From contig NIVC01000803.1 in NCBI GenBank assembly GCA_002269645.1, forward strand, positions 289,156 through 353,155: a stretch of 64,000 nucleotides of DNA, in the 5' to 3' direction. Shown here piece by piece: positions 1 through 12,180 of this stretch. Position numbers and translations under genes: made by a program. This DNA is from Macrostomum lignano. Its lineage: Eukaryota. How positions within the stretch are numbered: position 1 is the stretch's first letter; the number at the start of each line of letters is the position of its first letter. Below the pieces are notes generated by a model. That model worked only from the letters and a program-made list of their open reading frames with translations, did no database searches and was not told the origin of the DNA.

Positions 1-1200
1 TAGGAAAAGGATGGCGTGGGGTGGGGCGCGCAAAGGGGCCGACCAGAAAATTAATTGATCTGCCTTCAGACTTTGGTTTTTTGATGGTCGGATAGACCCA
101 TACAGTAGCTAACTCGTACTTGAACCGGATTTAAATTAAATGCTAATTACTTTCATTTTATTCTATCCAGTCTTAAAGTGGTCCGTTATTGTGATAACTC
201 TCACCGTCAGTTCAGTTTAATGGGTCTTCTGAAGCCTAGCCGAGCGGTAATATATCTTCACCTAACTACTTACATTAGTAGTTTAGTTACAGATTATGAT
301 GCATACTTTAATTAAAATGGAAAACAATATAAATGGGAAGAAGGACAAAGTGATAGGAGCCAGTATTGTTTGCTTTTCTGCCTATGCTAGTTAAACACAT
401 CGTCAAACAAAAATGACAACAAATATAATAAATAACTGCGATGAGCAAATTGCTGCCTAGGAGTGAGCAAAGTATTGTTTTTTCATTGTTAATTCAAACA
501 CGGAACCATACTCAGGCCTTTACTCGTTTTTTAGCTTTAAAAAGCAGAAACTTAATTTGATAAACAGTTGCTGAAAATAATATACAAAAAGATTGTAAAA
601 AGAGTACTCTTCGACCCATCGAAAAAATAGATGCAAAAATCATCACACAGCAATAACTTGAGTTGCAGGCGGTGTTGACAAAACCGGATATACAATACAT
701 CTGTAATACCATAAACAACGGTACACGTGTATGCCTACAAATTGTGAGCTAATAAAATCGCCAGATCAATGTTGGCGCGGATAATAGATATGATTGTTAT
801 TAATTAAAATAAAATAGTAGAAAACCAAGAACTTCAGCTGCCATAAATGCTATACAAAATGTGTGCAAACGGAATATATAAATGAAATATATAATAGCCT
901 AGTGATATAATTAGACTATACAGCAGCTGCAAGAAAATAAAAACAGCTTTTAAAATCCCTACTAGCTATTTTAAGTAGTTCGGCTAGCTATTATCGCGCC
1001 TAACCACTAATTCATGAATTTTTTTAAATTTCATCCCTGACTGAAAGCGTCCTACACATCATACCAGTGCGTATTTATAATTTACGCATGTCTAGAACTT
1101 AACAGAAAATGAAGTATTTGAAATCCAATACAAATTACAACAAATACCACTAAAATTAATTTTAATTTATTAAAACTAAATCAAATATGTCATACAATTT

Positions 1201-1551
1201 TCCCACCCTGCCTGTGATCCCCAGGTACTGCTCCCACCCTGCCTGTGATCCCCAGGTACTGCTCCCACCCAGACCCTGTCTGTGATTCCCAGGTACTGCT
1301 CCCACCCTGCCTGTGATCCCCAGGTACTGCTCCCACCCTGCCTGTGATCCCCAGGTACTGCTCCCACCCTGCCTGTGATCCCCAGGTACTGCTCCCACCC
1401 TGCCTGTGATCCCCAGATACTGCTCCCACCCTGCCTGTGATCCCCAGATACTGCTCCCACCCTGCCTGTGATCCCCAGATACTGCTCCCACCCTGCCTGT
1501 GATCCCCAGGTACTGCTCCCACCCTGCCTGTGATCCCCAGGTACTGCTCCC
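1201..1551. repeat. Minisatellite, 31-bp unit (TCCCACCCTGCCTGTGATCCCCAGGTACTGC), ~11 copies
   Basis: Near-perfect head-to-tail repeats read directly. They account for the overlapping repetitive ORFs at 1162-1674. Confidence 0.95.
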
Positions 1552-1860
1552 AGCAAGCAATGCCTGTGACCTTGGCTGATAATTGACTCGCGCAAGCCGA
1601 AGCAGAAACCAGACAGACTTCAGACGGGCAAAAAACACAAACAACAAAAGCAGCAAATGTACGAGCAAGCACATTTTAAAGCAGCGTGGGGCACAACCAG
1701 CAGTGAACTAATTTTTAAAGAGAATTCTGTTTAAGAAATATTTTCAGAAACAAATAAAATTACAGTTTACGTAAGATAATAAACAAAAGTAGGTACAAAA
1801 ACACGACAAAATCAAATATTGTTGAAATACAAAGCACACTACTAGCCGCCTGGCATTGAG

Positions 1861-3569
1861 CTAGTAGTAGTCGGAGAAATAGTAGTGGCAGCCGTGAATC
1901 ACGTCCATCGAGGGACGGCAGTAGCAGCGAACCGGCGAATCGGACGTGTAGCCGCTGAAAATTTCAATTTTGTCAGGCATTAAATAGTGTGTACTCTTGA
2001 TTTCACTTGATTACTCTTGATGGACTTTTGACTTCTTTTAAAGTAATCTAGGAGTTCAATGCTTAAGAGTATACAGAGATAATATCGAGGATAACTACAA
2101 GCTAATACAAGATATCGGGTTCTGCGAGTGTTAGTTACACAATTGAGGGATCTGAGAGTGTTGGGGACTCAATCAGTGGGATCTGGGACTTTTGGGGGAC
2201 TCAGTGGGATCTGAGACTTTTGGGGGACTCAGTGGGATCTGGGACTTTTGGGGGACTCAGTGGGATCTGGGACTTATGGGGGACTCAGTAGGATCTGAAG
2301 ATGCTGGGGACTCAATCAGTGGGATCTGGATGTATTGGGGACTCAATCAGTGGGATCTGGATGCATTGGGGACTCAATCAGTGGGATCTGGATGTATTGG
2401 GGACTCAATTAGTGGGATCTGGATGTATTGGGGACTCAATTAGTGGGATCTGGATGTATTGGGGACTCAATTAGTGGGATCTGGATGTATTGGGGACTCA
2501 ATTAGTGGGATCTGGATGTATTGGGGACTCAATTAGTGGGATCTGGATGTATTGGGGACTCAATTAGTGGGATCTGGATGTATTGGGGACTCAATTAGTG
2601 GGATCTGGATGTATTGGGGACTCAATTAGTGGGATCTGGATGTATTGGGGACTCAATCAGTGGGATCTGGATGTATTGGGGACTCAATTAGTGGGATCTG
2701 GATGTATTGGGGACTCAATTAGTGGGATCTGGATGTATTGGGGACTCAATTAGTGGGATCTGGATGTATTGGGGACTCAATTAGTGGGATCTGGATGTAT
2801 TGGGGACTCAATTAGTGGGATCTGGATGTATTGGGGACTCAATTAGTGGGATCTGGATGTATTGGGGACTCAATTAGTGGGATCTGGATACATTGGGGAC
2901 TCAATCAGTGGGATCTGGGATCTAGGACTTTTGGGGACTCAATCAGTGGGATCTGAAAGTGCTTGGGACTCAATTGATCTGATGCGGGAGTGTCGCAGCC
3001 CAAGACGCGCATTAAACGCATACAGCAAGCTGAGAGGACAAACTTAGCATTGCGTATTAGATATGTTTTTACCCAGCAGTTGAGCTGGCAGTGCTAATAG
3101 CGCACATGCCAATGTCAGCGATGGAGGTTGTGCACCGATAGTCAGGTAAGGCGGCGGCGGCGGCTGGCTCAGCCTCATGCAGCTCCATCGGAGCATCGGC
3201 AGGTGCAGCAGCCAGGCCCAGCTCGCCGGCATGACCATTGTTATTATTGTTATTCTGGCACACATTCCATGCAGGAAATGCGCAGTTCTGCGGCTGCTGC
3301 TGTTGCTGCTGCTGGCAAGGCTGGAAGCAGCCAAATGGCAGCGGCTCGGCGTCGCCGCTGGCGCTGGTGGCGATGCAGAATCGCTTGGCCTCAACCGAGT
3401 GCTGTTAGTAGTATATGTAAAATGTAGGATATTAAAATATGCAGAGTGAAATGATTACTACTATATAATACTGCAGGGCAAAGCTGAGAAATCTCACCTC
3501 GTCAACTGTCATGCACTTGCGCTTGGCAGAAGAGAAGTTGTAGAACTGGTCATTGTTGTAGCCAGGCAT
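1861..3569 (-). CDS. Uncharacterised spliced gene, ~164 aa, Gln/Asn/Ala-rich middle and Cys/Tyr-rich C-terminus
   Basis: Exons 3569(ATG)-3498, 3401-3073 and 1954-1861(TAG) join in frame through canonical GT-AG introns (GAG|gtgaga, aacag|CAC, GG|gtaaaa, ttcag|C); total 495 nt. Product: MPGYNNDQFYNFSSAKRKCMTVDEHSVEAKRFC...QQQQQQ...NNNNN...GGYTSDSPVRCYCRPSMDVIHGCHYYFSDYY. An acceptor at 3584/3585 suggests a further upstream (UTR or coding) exon. Confidence 0.7.
2145..2970. repeat. Intronic minisatellite, 31-bp unit (GGGGACTCAATTAGTGGGATCTGGATGTATT), ~25 copies with degenerate edges
   Basis: Direct tandem repeats lying inside the intron 1955-3072 of the minus-strand gene. Confidence 0.95.
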
Positions 3570-6500
3570 TTTGTTGGCAGTTGGCTGCAGTTTAGACACA
3601 GTTAGTATTGAATAAGAAATATGGAAATTAAACATTCGATTTTGAAAGGCTTATTGCAGTATCATAGTTTTAGGCATAGAATACCCAACAGAATCATGAT
3701 TGTCATGAAATCCATCGAGGGATGAGAATACAAACTGCATGAGAATACAAACAAAAAGGCAAAGCACAAATATCTGGATTTCCTATTGATATATAAGTAC
3801 AAGCTATGTACGCTTGTATATTTCATAGTCTAGGTCATGCTAAGCTCATGCCAGAAGAAAATTTCAGCTATTCCTAGATTTAAACCACTCATGCCAAATA
3901 AATAAATGTCACCAAAATTTTATACTAGATGCAATGTGAAAACAGAAAAATAACATAAAATAATTTAAAGCAAAATAGTTAATTAAAAATTAAAAATTAA
4001 AAACATGACTTTTGTTAAAAATAGTACTTTTGGACATGGCTGCCATATAGACTTATATACTTGGAAAAACAGCCAAGCCTAGCTAGGGCAATGTCAATAT
4101 CCAGCTTAGATCTGATCTGAATATTAAGTATGCATGGCCTTATTGTATTATTTGAACTTATAGAATATTGCAAAACTACTTATAACTTATAAAACTTTGA
4201 TTGTGAAACAACTATTGAGAATAGTGGCACCATAAAATTTAAAGACAATTTTGTTTTATTTAATTATTTCTGCATGCTATAACAGCACTAAAAAAGAAAA
4301 TTTCATTAATCTAGCAAAACAAGTTTATTAACAATTTAGTAGGCATAGAAGAAACCTGTCAGGAAATAATTGTCCCTTAACTATGTCAAATGGCACATGA
4401 AAAAGAAATCACAACTAACAGCACAAACCTGTTAGTTGTGATTGAGACCTGAATCTGTGCTATGCTGTGCTGGCTCAGACTGCCACAGGGTGGAGCTCAA
4501 GGTCACAAATGCAAATGTGAAGAACATATTGAAGGGTGTGCAACGAGGACTGTTACAGTGGGAGATAACATGCAAGTTTGATATCAGCCAAGCTTATTTT
4601 GGGAAAAAATCCTTCAGGAAAATTGCCAGAAAGCTTTTAAGAAGGAGAAGTACCAGAAGTTACTTATCAGCAATGAGAGAGATAGCAGGTGCATGTTGCC
4701 AGACTGTACCAAACCATCTTGGATAGACGTGGAGGCAACAGCTTCTATTATGCCACCGCACATAGTGATGCTCCTGTTGAGAAGTGCATTTCACCTCAGA
4801 AGAAGTTTGGCAACAAGATTGAGCATCATGGAATATATAAGTCAACAAGGAAGAGAGATTGACATATTAAAATTAAATGATTACAATAATGATATATTCT
4901 AAATTGATGCAATTATTGTTTATTGGTTTTTATATTTTTTTAGTTTATTAGTTAATTAGTTTACTTTAATCTACTTTAATCATGAGAACTTATTACTTTG
5001 TCAGTCAGGTACTTAGACCTTAAATTCTAAACAAACTTAGAAAACAAATTTATTCTTGCAATTTATGCAATTTCCTAAATTCTGTATTTCAAATATTTTT
5101 TTTTATTTAGCCTAGTAACTTGGAAACATTTTACTATATAACTAAATGACTTTCCAGATTTATATAGCTTGATTGCCCATTTGAAATTGTTATATGCTAT
5201 GACTGTTAAAAAGCTAGTTATAAATGCTCTTCTACCATATTGCCAAAGAAAGACATACTTCTTTCTGTTATGAATGATGCAATGGTTATGCTTAATCTTG
5301 GAGCAAATCCAAGTATCCAACAAAGGTTAAATGTCATCTAATAAAGACAACTAGAAAGGTGATAACTGGACAAGATTCCCAGAATCCTTGTTTACAGCTA
5401 AAGGACTTTAGACTCAATGACAATGACAGTCAGTTTAGATATTGTTTTTCAGTTTAGCAAAGTACTAGGTACGAAAAATTCTAATCAGTAGAATAAAAGG
5501 CAACATTTCAATGTACATCTAGAATTACTATCATTTGATATTAACAAAAGAAAATAAGTTAACAATTGCAGAATACCATTGTTTCTGACTATTATTATTT
5601 ATGGAAATGGAATTAGTCAAGTAGTTGCTATCATTCTAATAGCAAATAAATAGACAAATAAAGTTTGTAGATTTATTAATTAATTCAGATTTAGATTGTT
5701 AACAAAGACCCTTTAACAATTATAGTACTTTTTAAGGTTTTTCAAGTATTATGATTAAAAGAATTTAAATGCTATAAGGTCTTGCTTCTTGTTGTTTTAA
5801 CTTTAAAGTATATTATAGCTACCAATAGCTACCAATATCTCTAGACTCATGTCACATGGTTTTTATATGAAGAATATAATTATGCACCATGTCTGAGTAT
5901 AAATCTATTTAATATTAACCATAAAAGCACCATGCAGCCTTTATTGACATAGCTACTATCTTTAATGTGGTATGCATTCTAAATTGGCAATACCTAGCAT
6001 TAGCACTAAAACCTATTTTTAATAGCTATGGATCTGGAAATTCCTTTGCAGGCACTTTGGAAGTTTGAATTTCTACTTTACCAGTGCTCACTACCCAAAA
6101 GTGAGAAAGAAAACATTTGCCAGCTTATTAAAACTTTGTTGGCAAAGCTTTTTGAAAATGGACAACTAGTCATAATGAAAGACTTGCAAAATTTGCAAGT
6201 TAATCTAGTATTAGCATTGGCTAGGATGATTTATCTAGAATTATTGAGCATCTTTCCCCTATTGGAATAAGTGGTATTTTCGCGGACGGCGTCCGGCGCA
6301 CTTTTTCTTTTTCCTCATAGTCATGGCGCATGGCGCGCTACGCGCGCCATGCGCCATGACGCACAGCAGCTCACAGGTAAGATGCAAGGAGGACATCACG
6401 CGCTACATACAGCGCTGCTGAACAAGGATGAGAAGCATGCACAGGAGAAAGTCAGCAGCACGGTGGAAATTCAGCAAACTGTAAGTAAAACTTGTCTTTC

Positions 6501-9500
6501 TAATTTCTATAACTTTGATAATATTGCTATGGGCTATAGTATAGCATATCTCCTATCATATGTATTGATTGCTGTGTCATCTAGAATATGCATGCAAGTT
6601 AATCGTAAAATTGGAAATTGTAGTTGAAAGATCGCAGCAGAAATGTTCTTTATTGCCTCATAAACATTATAACATAGTGCCAAATGCTAATTGCTCTTAA
6701 TGTTCTCTTATAACGCAGTTGCAAGAAATAAAAAAGTAAACTAAATTCTATTAAAAGTCTCAACAAATTTTCTGCTTTGTTTAATTATCTTTTTGATTGG
6801 TTGCGCGTACATTTATTTATGCTGACATTTAAATGTGAAAATATTCTTCGAAACACCATGCTAAATAGTTATCAGATTTGATAACCCGACCCGAGCCAAA
6901 GTGCTACAACTACTACTGAAAAAGTGTGTGGATAAGGCAAAGACAATTTTGTTTGTTCGTGAACTCTGTGTTGTTCATCACGGAGTTTCTTCATTTTGTA
7001 TTAACTGATTAGCCAAATTGAAGTAAAGGGTTTCAGTGTTCGTAATTATTTTAAGTACTCACTGATGCAATTGCCACACTATTTACATTATTTATTTTTC
7101 TTTGAATAGACCAACAATGTAACTTTGTAAGTCAAAAGACGAGTAGACTAAGAATTAAGAAATAGATACAACTACAACAGAAGGGGGCAGAAGTACAGTA
7201 CAGAACAGAGTGCAGTAAAACACAAGTGCGGTAAAACACACAACTTTCTCTCAATCTCTTTAAATCTCTCAAAAACGAGTGATGCATCATCAGAATGAAC
7301 ATGATAGAGACTGGAGTCATGCACAATATCACCTAAACCTAGAGTGCTATGGCACCCTAGGATTTGAAGATTTGAATGACACATCGTCCATACCACCTTA
7401 GGATTTGAAGATTGTCATGACGCACCGTCCAGGCCACTTTATGATTGCCATGGCGCACTAGATGCACTGTCCACAGTGTCTGAAAACTTATTCCAATAGG
7501 GCATCTTTCTAAAAAAGGAATTGTGTATCTTCTTGGTAATAGTGACAATAACAAAGTTAGATCATCCTATGGAAATCCTATCATCCTATCATTGATAGAT
7601 CGTCAATGGAAATAGCAAGATGTTGATAGTCAAAACTTAGGTAATGAAATCTAAGAACTTTCCAACAGATAAAACCAAGGTCAAGTCAAAATAGGTCAAG
7701 TCAAATATTTTGTTAAACAAGAAGCCTTCTTAAAGTATTTTGAAGTCAAATGTATCTTATATAGGTTTCATGTTTTTTAAACATTTAATTATAGTAAAAA
7801 CCATTTTTAATATAGATCTATAAGTGATGAGGTTCTCAAAATCCTTAAAAATATGATAGACACCAAGCAAGACAAACTATAAGCAAGGCATTTTTCTACT
7901 AATTTGGCCCTAAATAAGTACCAGTGTCAATGGGTCTAATGCTTTGTTTAAAAACTTCATTCAATACATTATACAACTTATCATATAGAAAGCTTAAACC
8001 AGAAGTTAAAGCAAATAATCCACTGCAAAATTTTGATAGACTTTGTCAATAAGGAAGTTTTGTGGAAGCTAGAAGAACAAATATACTTGCAATCTAAAGG
8101 TTAAAGTATATGTGATGCAAAATATACCTGTTTATAGCTGACAATATAGATGAATTTATGAAATTGCTAACTTTTTATAGCTCTTGGCTTGTAATTTATC
8201 AGCTGCTAATTGCTAATAGCATTGATAATAGGGATAAAGCTAGCCACTATAAGTATAGAATTAGTCATTGACTCTTAATTAGAAATATAGCTACTATTTC
8301 CTCTATAAGTTTTTGTATTATAGACAAAGCTACTATATCTAAATAGGCCTAGGCCTATAACATTTATAAAAGCAATAAAAGCCTTGTTTTTTTATTTAAT
8401 TTCTCAATTATAAATTTTTTAAAAGATAAATATTGTATTTTGAAACTATTTTTATAACTTGTATTGGCTGCATAGATTTTTCAAACTTATCCTAATAAGA
8501 GACAGTCTATAATAATACATGCTTGGGCGCAACCTTGGGATCCACTTAGCCATTTCTATTGGCAACACATACATGTATATTGCTATTGGACAGAATAGTA
8601 ATCATGTGACTACTCTTAGCCAATAGTGCAATTTTACAAAATTACAAATTACGAATTTTAAAAAATTCCCTCATATAACTTTGTCAGCTAAGTTTTATTA
8701 GTAGCCATAAGTGGCCACACTGTATCTCAATATATGCAATTATAAATATAAAGACTAAAGACATTATATCTCTATATATGTATATATATTTACTTACATA
8801 TATTTGCCCTCCCCTTTTTACATGTTGAAAAAGTTGACATTGCATATATAGTCATTAAGAAATATAAATGTATAAGAAAGGTTGCAATAAGGTCAATGCT
8901 CATTTAAATATATATTAAATTAAAACAAGTTGTCTTATGACTCTTACTATTAGTATTAACAAATACAATGAAATAAAAAGCACCATGCAAATATGCATCT
9001 ATAAAATAAAATTACAACACTACACAAGCACTAATCTATGTAAAGCATGCATTTGGATGACAATTATACTTTTGTTATAGTGATAAGTTAAACCTTATTA
9101 ATACCAGAAAAACAAATTTACTTGTTATTTATATAGTTCGGGCTAAAAATGCAAACTTCCGAAGGGCATAGCAATGACCCCAAAGAATACTTTTTTGGAC
9201 TCTTTTCGTTTTTAAAAATAATCTCGTTTCTAAGAACTCTTTTCGTTTCGTTTTAACTGCAATCTTAACTTTATATTTTAATTTTTGCATAAACAATGAA
9301 TACACAAATAACCATGGGTTTGTATAACCATGCATTCGCCTTCGTCTTTTTTAAATTTCATTATATTTTTTAGACTGCAATCTGCATGTATATTGGATAG
9401 GCCTACTCAGATAACCGAATTCGTCAACAGTGCCTATTAAGGTAGTTCGTCAATTGTCAACTCGGTGGCACCCTATAGTTAGGCCTATACGTCAGACATT

Positions 9501-10143
9501 ATTAGAAAGACATTACAACAATAAAGAACCCTTTCTTGCATCAAAAAACCGTTGGTTCGTTACTATAATGGCAAATATGATTATCTGATTGAGTGGTGCG
9601 AGCTAGTGGATGGTGAATCGGTGATGGCGCTTGAATGACTCCAAAGCTTAAATTCCAATGAAATCTCTATGCGGTGCTATTATACGTATGCGTCTTAAAA
9701 AGAAAACCTTTGGCTTGAACGGGCCAGTACCTAGGGAACGTAACCAATCACGAGCGCGCAACCACACACTGCATTTAGGATTAGGCCTACTATACGATCG
9801 AGCTACCCGCGGCACAAAAAACCTTCCCTTTCACAGTTTGAATGAAATACATTTCTTACGGTAAGAAAAACAAAAAATAACGTAATTAGAAATAGTAAGA
9901 GAAAACTAAATTACCAGATATTACTGAGGATACCATTTCTTTAAATGAATTTCGATTTACATAAAAAACAAAGTTATTGACTACGCTGTAAACGACAACG
10001 TCACAACTGGCTCTGTGCCAGTCAGGAAGGTGTTCAGTGTATGCCAGTTAAGGCAAAATTTTAGAAAATGAAAGCTAAGAGATACAATTAGGCCTAATGC
10101 AGCTTTGAACTAGGTAGGCCCAGAGTAAACCTATTGCTTGATA

Positions 10144-10325
10144 CAGTGGTGCAACCAAGGGTGTGGGCGGTGGGGGGGCGACGGCCCTTAGGCGGAGACC
10201 GGAAAAAAATCAAAGGGGGGACCAAGCGAATTTTCGCCAAAAACAGAGTCACTCGTCTGCCCCTCCTCCCGGGTCTTTCCCTCCAGAATCCGGCCCCCCT
10301 CAAAAAATTTCTGGTTGCGCTATTA
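10144..10325. mobile_element. Degenerate GC-rich MITE, hAT-like termini
   Basis: Left end CAGTGGTGCAACC and right end GGTTGCGCTATTA form an imperfect TIR. The internal sequence recurs inverted at ~10370-10500. No TSD found. Confidence 0.4.
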
Positions 10326-10369
10326 ACTGGCTTATAGCTTTGTAAGCTGTATAATAGCTGTATAGCTAC

Positions 10370-10862
10370 CATGCCGCAATCAGAAATTTGGTGAGGTCGA
10401 GGGTGTATTCTGGAAGATGGTTAAGAGACAAGGATGCGGAGTGGCGGTCGGGACTGCATTTTGGCGAAAATTGGCTTGGTCCACTAGCATTTTTTCTGGG
10501 TCTCCTCTGTTGAGGGCCTGATCGGGGGAACTTTGGGAGTGCCTGCGACGCCTAAAGGAAATTGCCTTCGGCGCTAAAACGAGTGACTGCGGCGCTAAAA
10601 GGAGTGACTGCGGCGCTAAAAGGAGTGCCTGCGGCGCTAAAAGGAATGCCTGCGGCGCCAAAGTGAGTGCCTGCTGCGCCAAAAAGTACCTGCGGCGCCA
10701 AAATGAGTGCCTGCGGCGCTAAAAGGAGTACCTGCGGCGCCAAAATGAGCGCTGAGAACACGATTATTAAAGTAACGAAAATGTAGGAATTTAGTCATGT
10801 ATACATGTACATCTTGAATTCTTGGCTGTCCCCCCACCAAAAAATCCATGGCGACGCCCCTT
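10370..10862 (-). mobile_element. hAT-like MITE with internal 21-bp tandem array
   Basis: The terminus at 10848-10862 is the reverse complement of the 11581 element start (AGGGGCGTCGCCA). An internal 21-bp repeat (GCCTGCGGCGCCAAAATGAGT-like, ~10570-10755) gives the APQALLL ORFs. The other end matches the 10144 element inverted. Confidence 0.55.
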
Positions 10863-11580
10863 AAACGGGGTGCCGTGCAGTGACGCGATCAGCTCAGTCA
10901 AGGAGACCGCTGAGAATATATGATTCGGGTCCACAGGAGAGTTGCTCGGGCCACCTAATTGGAGATCACGATGAGACTGCCTCACAAAGATGCCAGGCTC
11001 AAAGGATGGGTTGAATTGATATACCAGGTATTACCAGCAGGGTATACCATACCAGATCCACGGCTTCTCGAGACCAGAACAAACTACCATCATCCGCCGG
11101 CACAAACTACCCATCAGGCAAGGGTCGAACATTCGTGGGCATGCCCAGCGGACGTGCTGTCGTTTCCAGACTTGCGCTGACACTCACCACAGACAGCTAG
11201 ATAATACATGTATGATTATGTATGATCGAGTTAAGGCGCTGAATCACACTCCAAAAGCCTATAGGATTCCCCGAATTCCCGTTGGGTCTGACTGGCAGGA
11301 TACCTCTGGGGCTTATGCCTTATAGTTGGCCCTTGGATCTAGCTTTTGGGGCACGAGGCCTGACCAGGTGCATGTCAACAACAAGTGGGCAGCTTTAGGC
11401 TAACTCAAGCTATGACTCTGCACTCTCTCCTCACCAGCCTACCATACAAGCTGGGCCAATCGCATGACGCAAATTGCATCACCCATAGTTAAGATGACAA
11501 CCGCGGACTGGAATTTTAATTTGGGGCTGAGAAAGTTGATCACTGCATGGTTTCGGGGTGGAAACTACATGCATGTAACA

Positions 11581-11757
11581 CAGGGGCGTCGCCATATAGA
11601 TTTTATGGTGGGGGGACAAAGCCATGTGAAGAATTCGACATGTACATGTACATGCACATTAGTTTCAGAATCGGTGTTGTCAGCGCTCATTTGGCGCCCG
11701 CAGGCACTCATTTTGGCGCACATGTCTCCCCTGTCCCCTCCGGTGGCGACGCCCCTG
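11581..11757 (+). mobile_element. hAT-like MITE
   Basis: Perfect 14-bp TIR CAGGGGCGTCGCCA / TGGCGACGCCCCTG. Flanks ATGTAACA / AACTAACA match at 6 of 8 positions (possible decayed 8-bp TSD). Confidence 0.75.
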
Positions 11758-12014
11758 AACTAACATATTGCTGATTGCAACTGTTGCTCGACAGTGAAGC
11801 CGCGATCATCACTTCTCAAATATTGTTTATTTTATTTACTAGATAATTGCTTGTTACAGTACAAAGCAACGTTATGAATTAAGTTTAGTCCTACATGTAC
11901 ATCTGCACGAATAACTATGCAGACCATCAAGATATTCAACAATTCTGCCAGAAGATCGGATTTTTTTCGACCTTGTATTTAAAACACCCTGTGCGCCAAT
12001 TAGTATTTGTGCCT

Positions 12015-12180
12015 CAGCCTTAACAAGCCTTCATAAATTTCATCAGCACGTCCGACCCGTGTCTGCGACAGCTCTGACCTCGTTGTTCACTGCATGGCCT
12101 TCACCCAGGCGGGACGAGCTTCTGGACCTTCAACAGGTGGCACCAGGTGACTACGGACACCCTGTTTCTCTAGTTTCGCT
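12015..12180 (+). repeat. Dispersed repeat, diverged copy of 40068-40237
   Basis: Colinear shared blocks (AAATTTCATCAGCACGTC, GGCCTTCACCCAGG, CTGGACCTTCAACAGGTGGC, TCTCTAGTTTCGC). Family not identified. Confidence 0.75.

Noticed and set aside
4440-4902. Coding-like island with overlapping short ORFs
   Set aside because: All frames are interrupted, there is no recognisable motif and no convincing splice partners.
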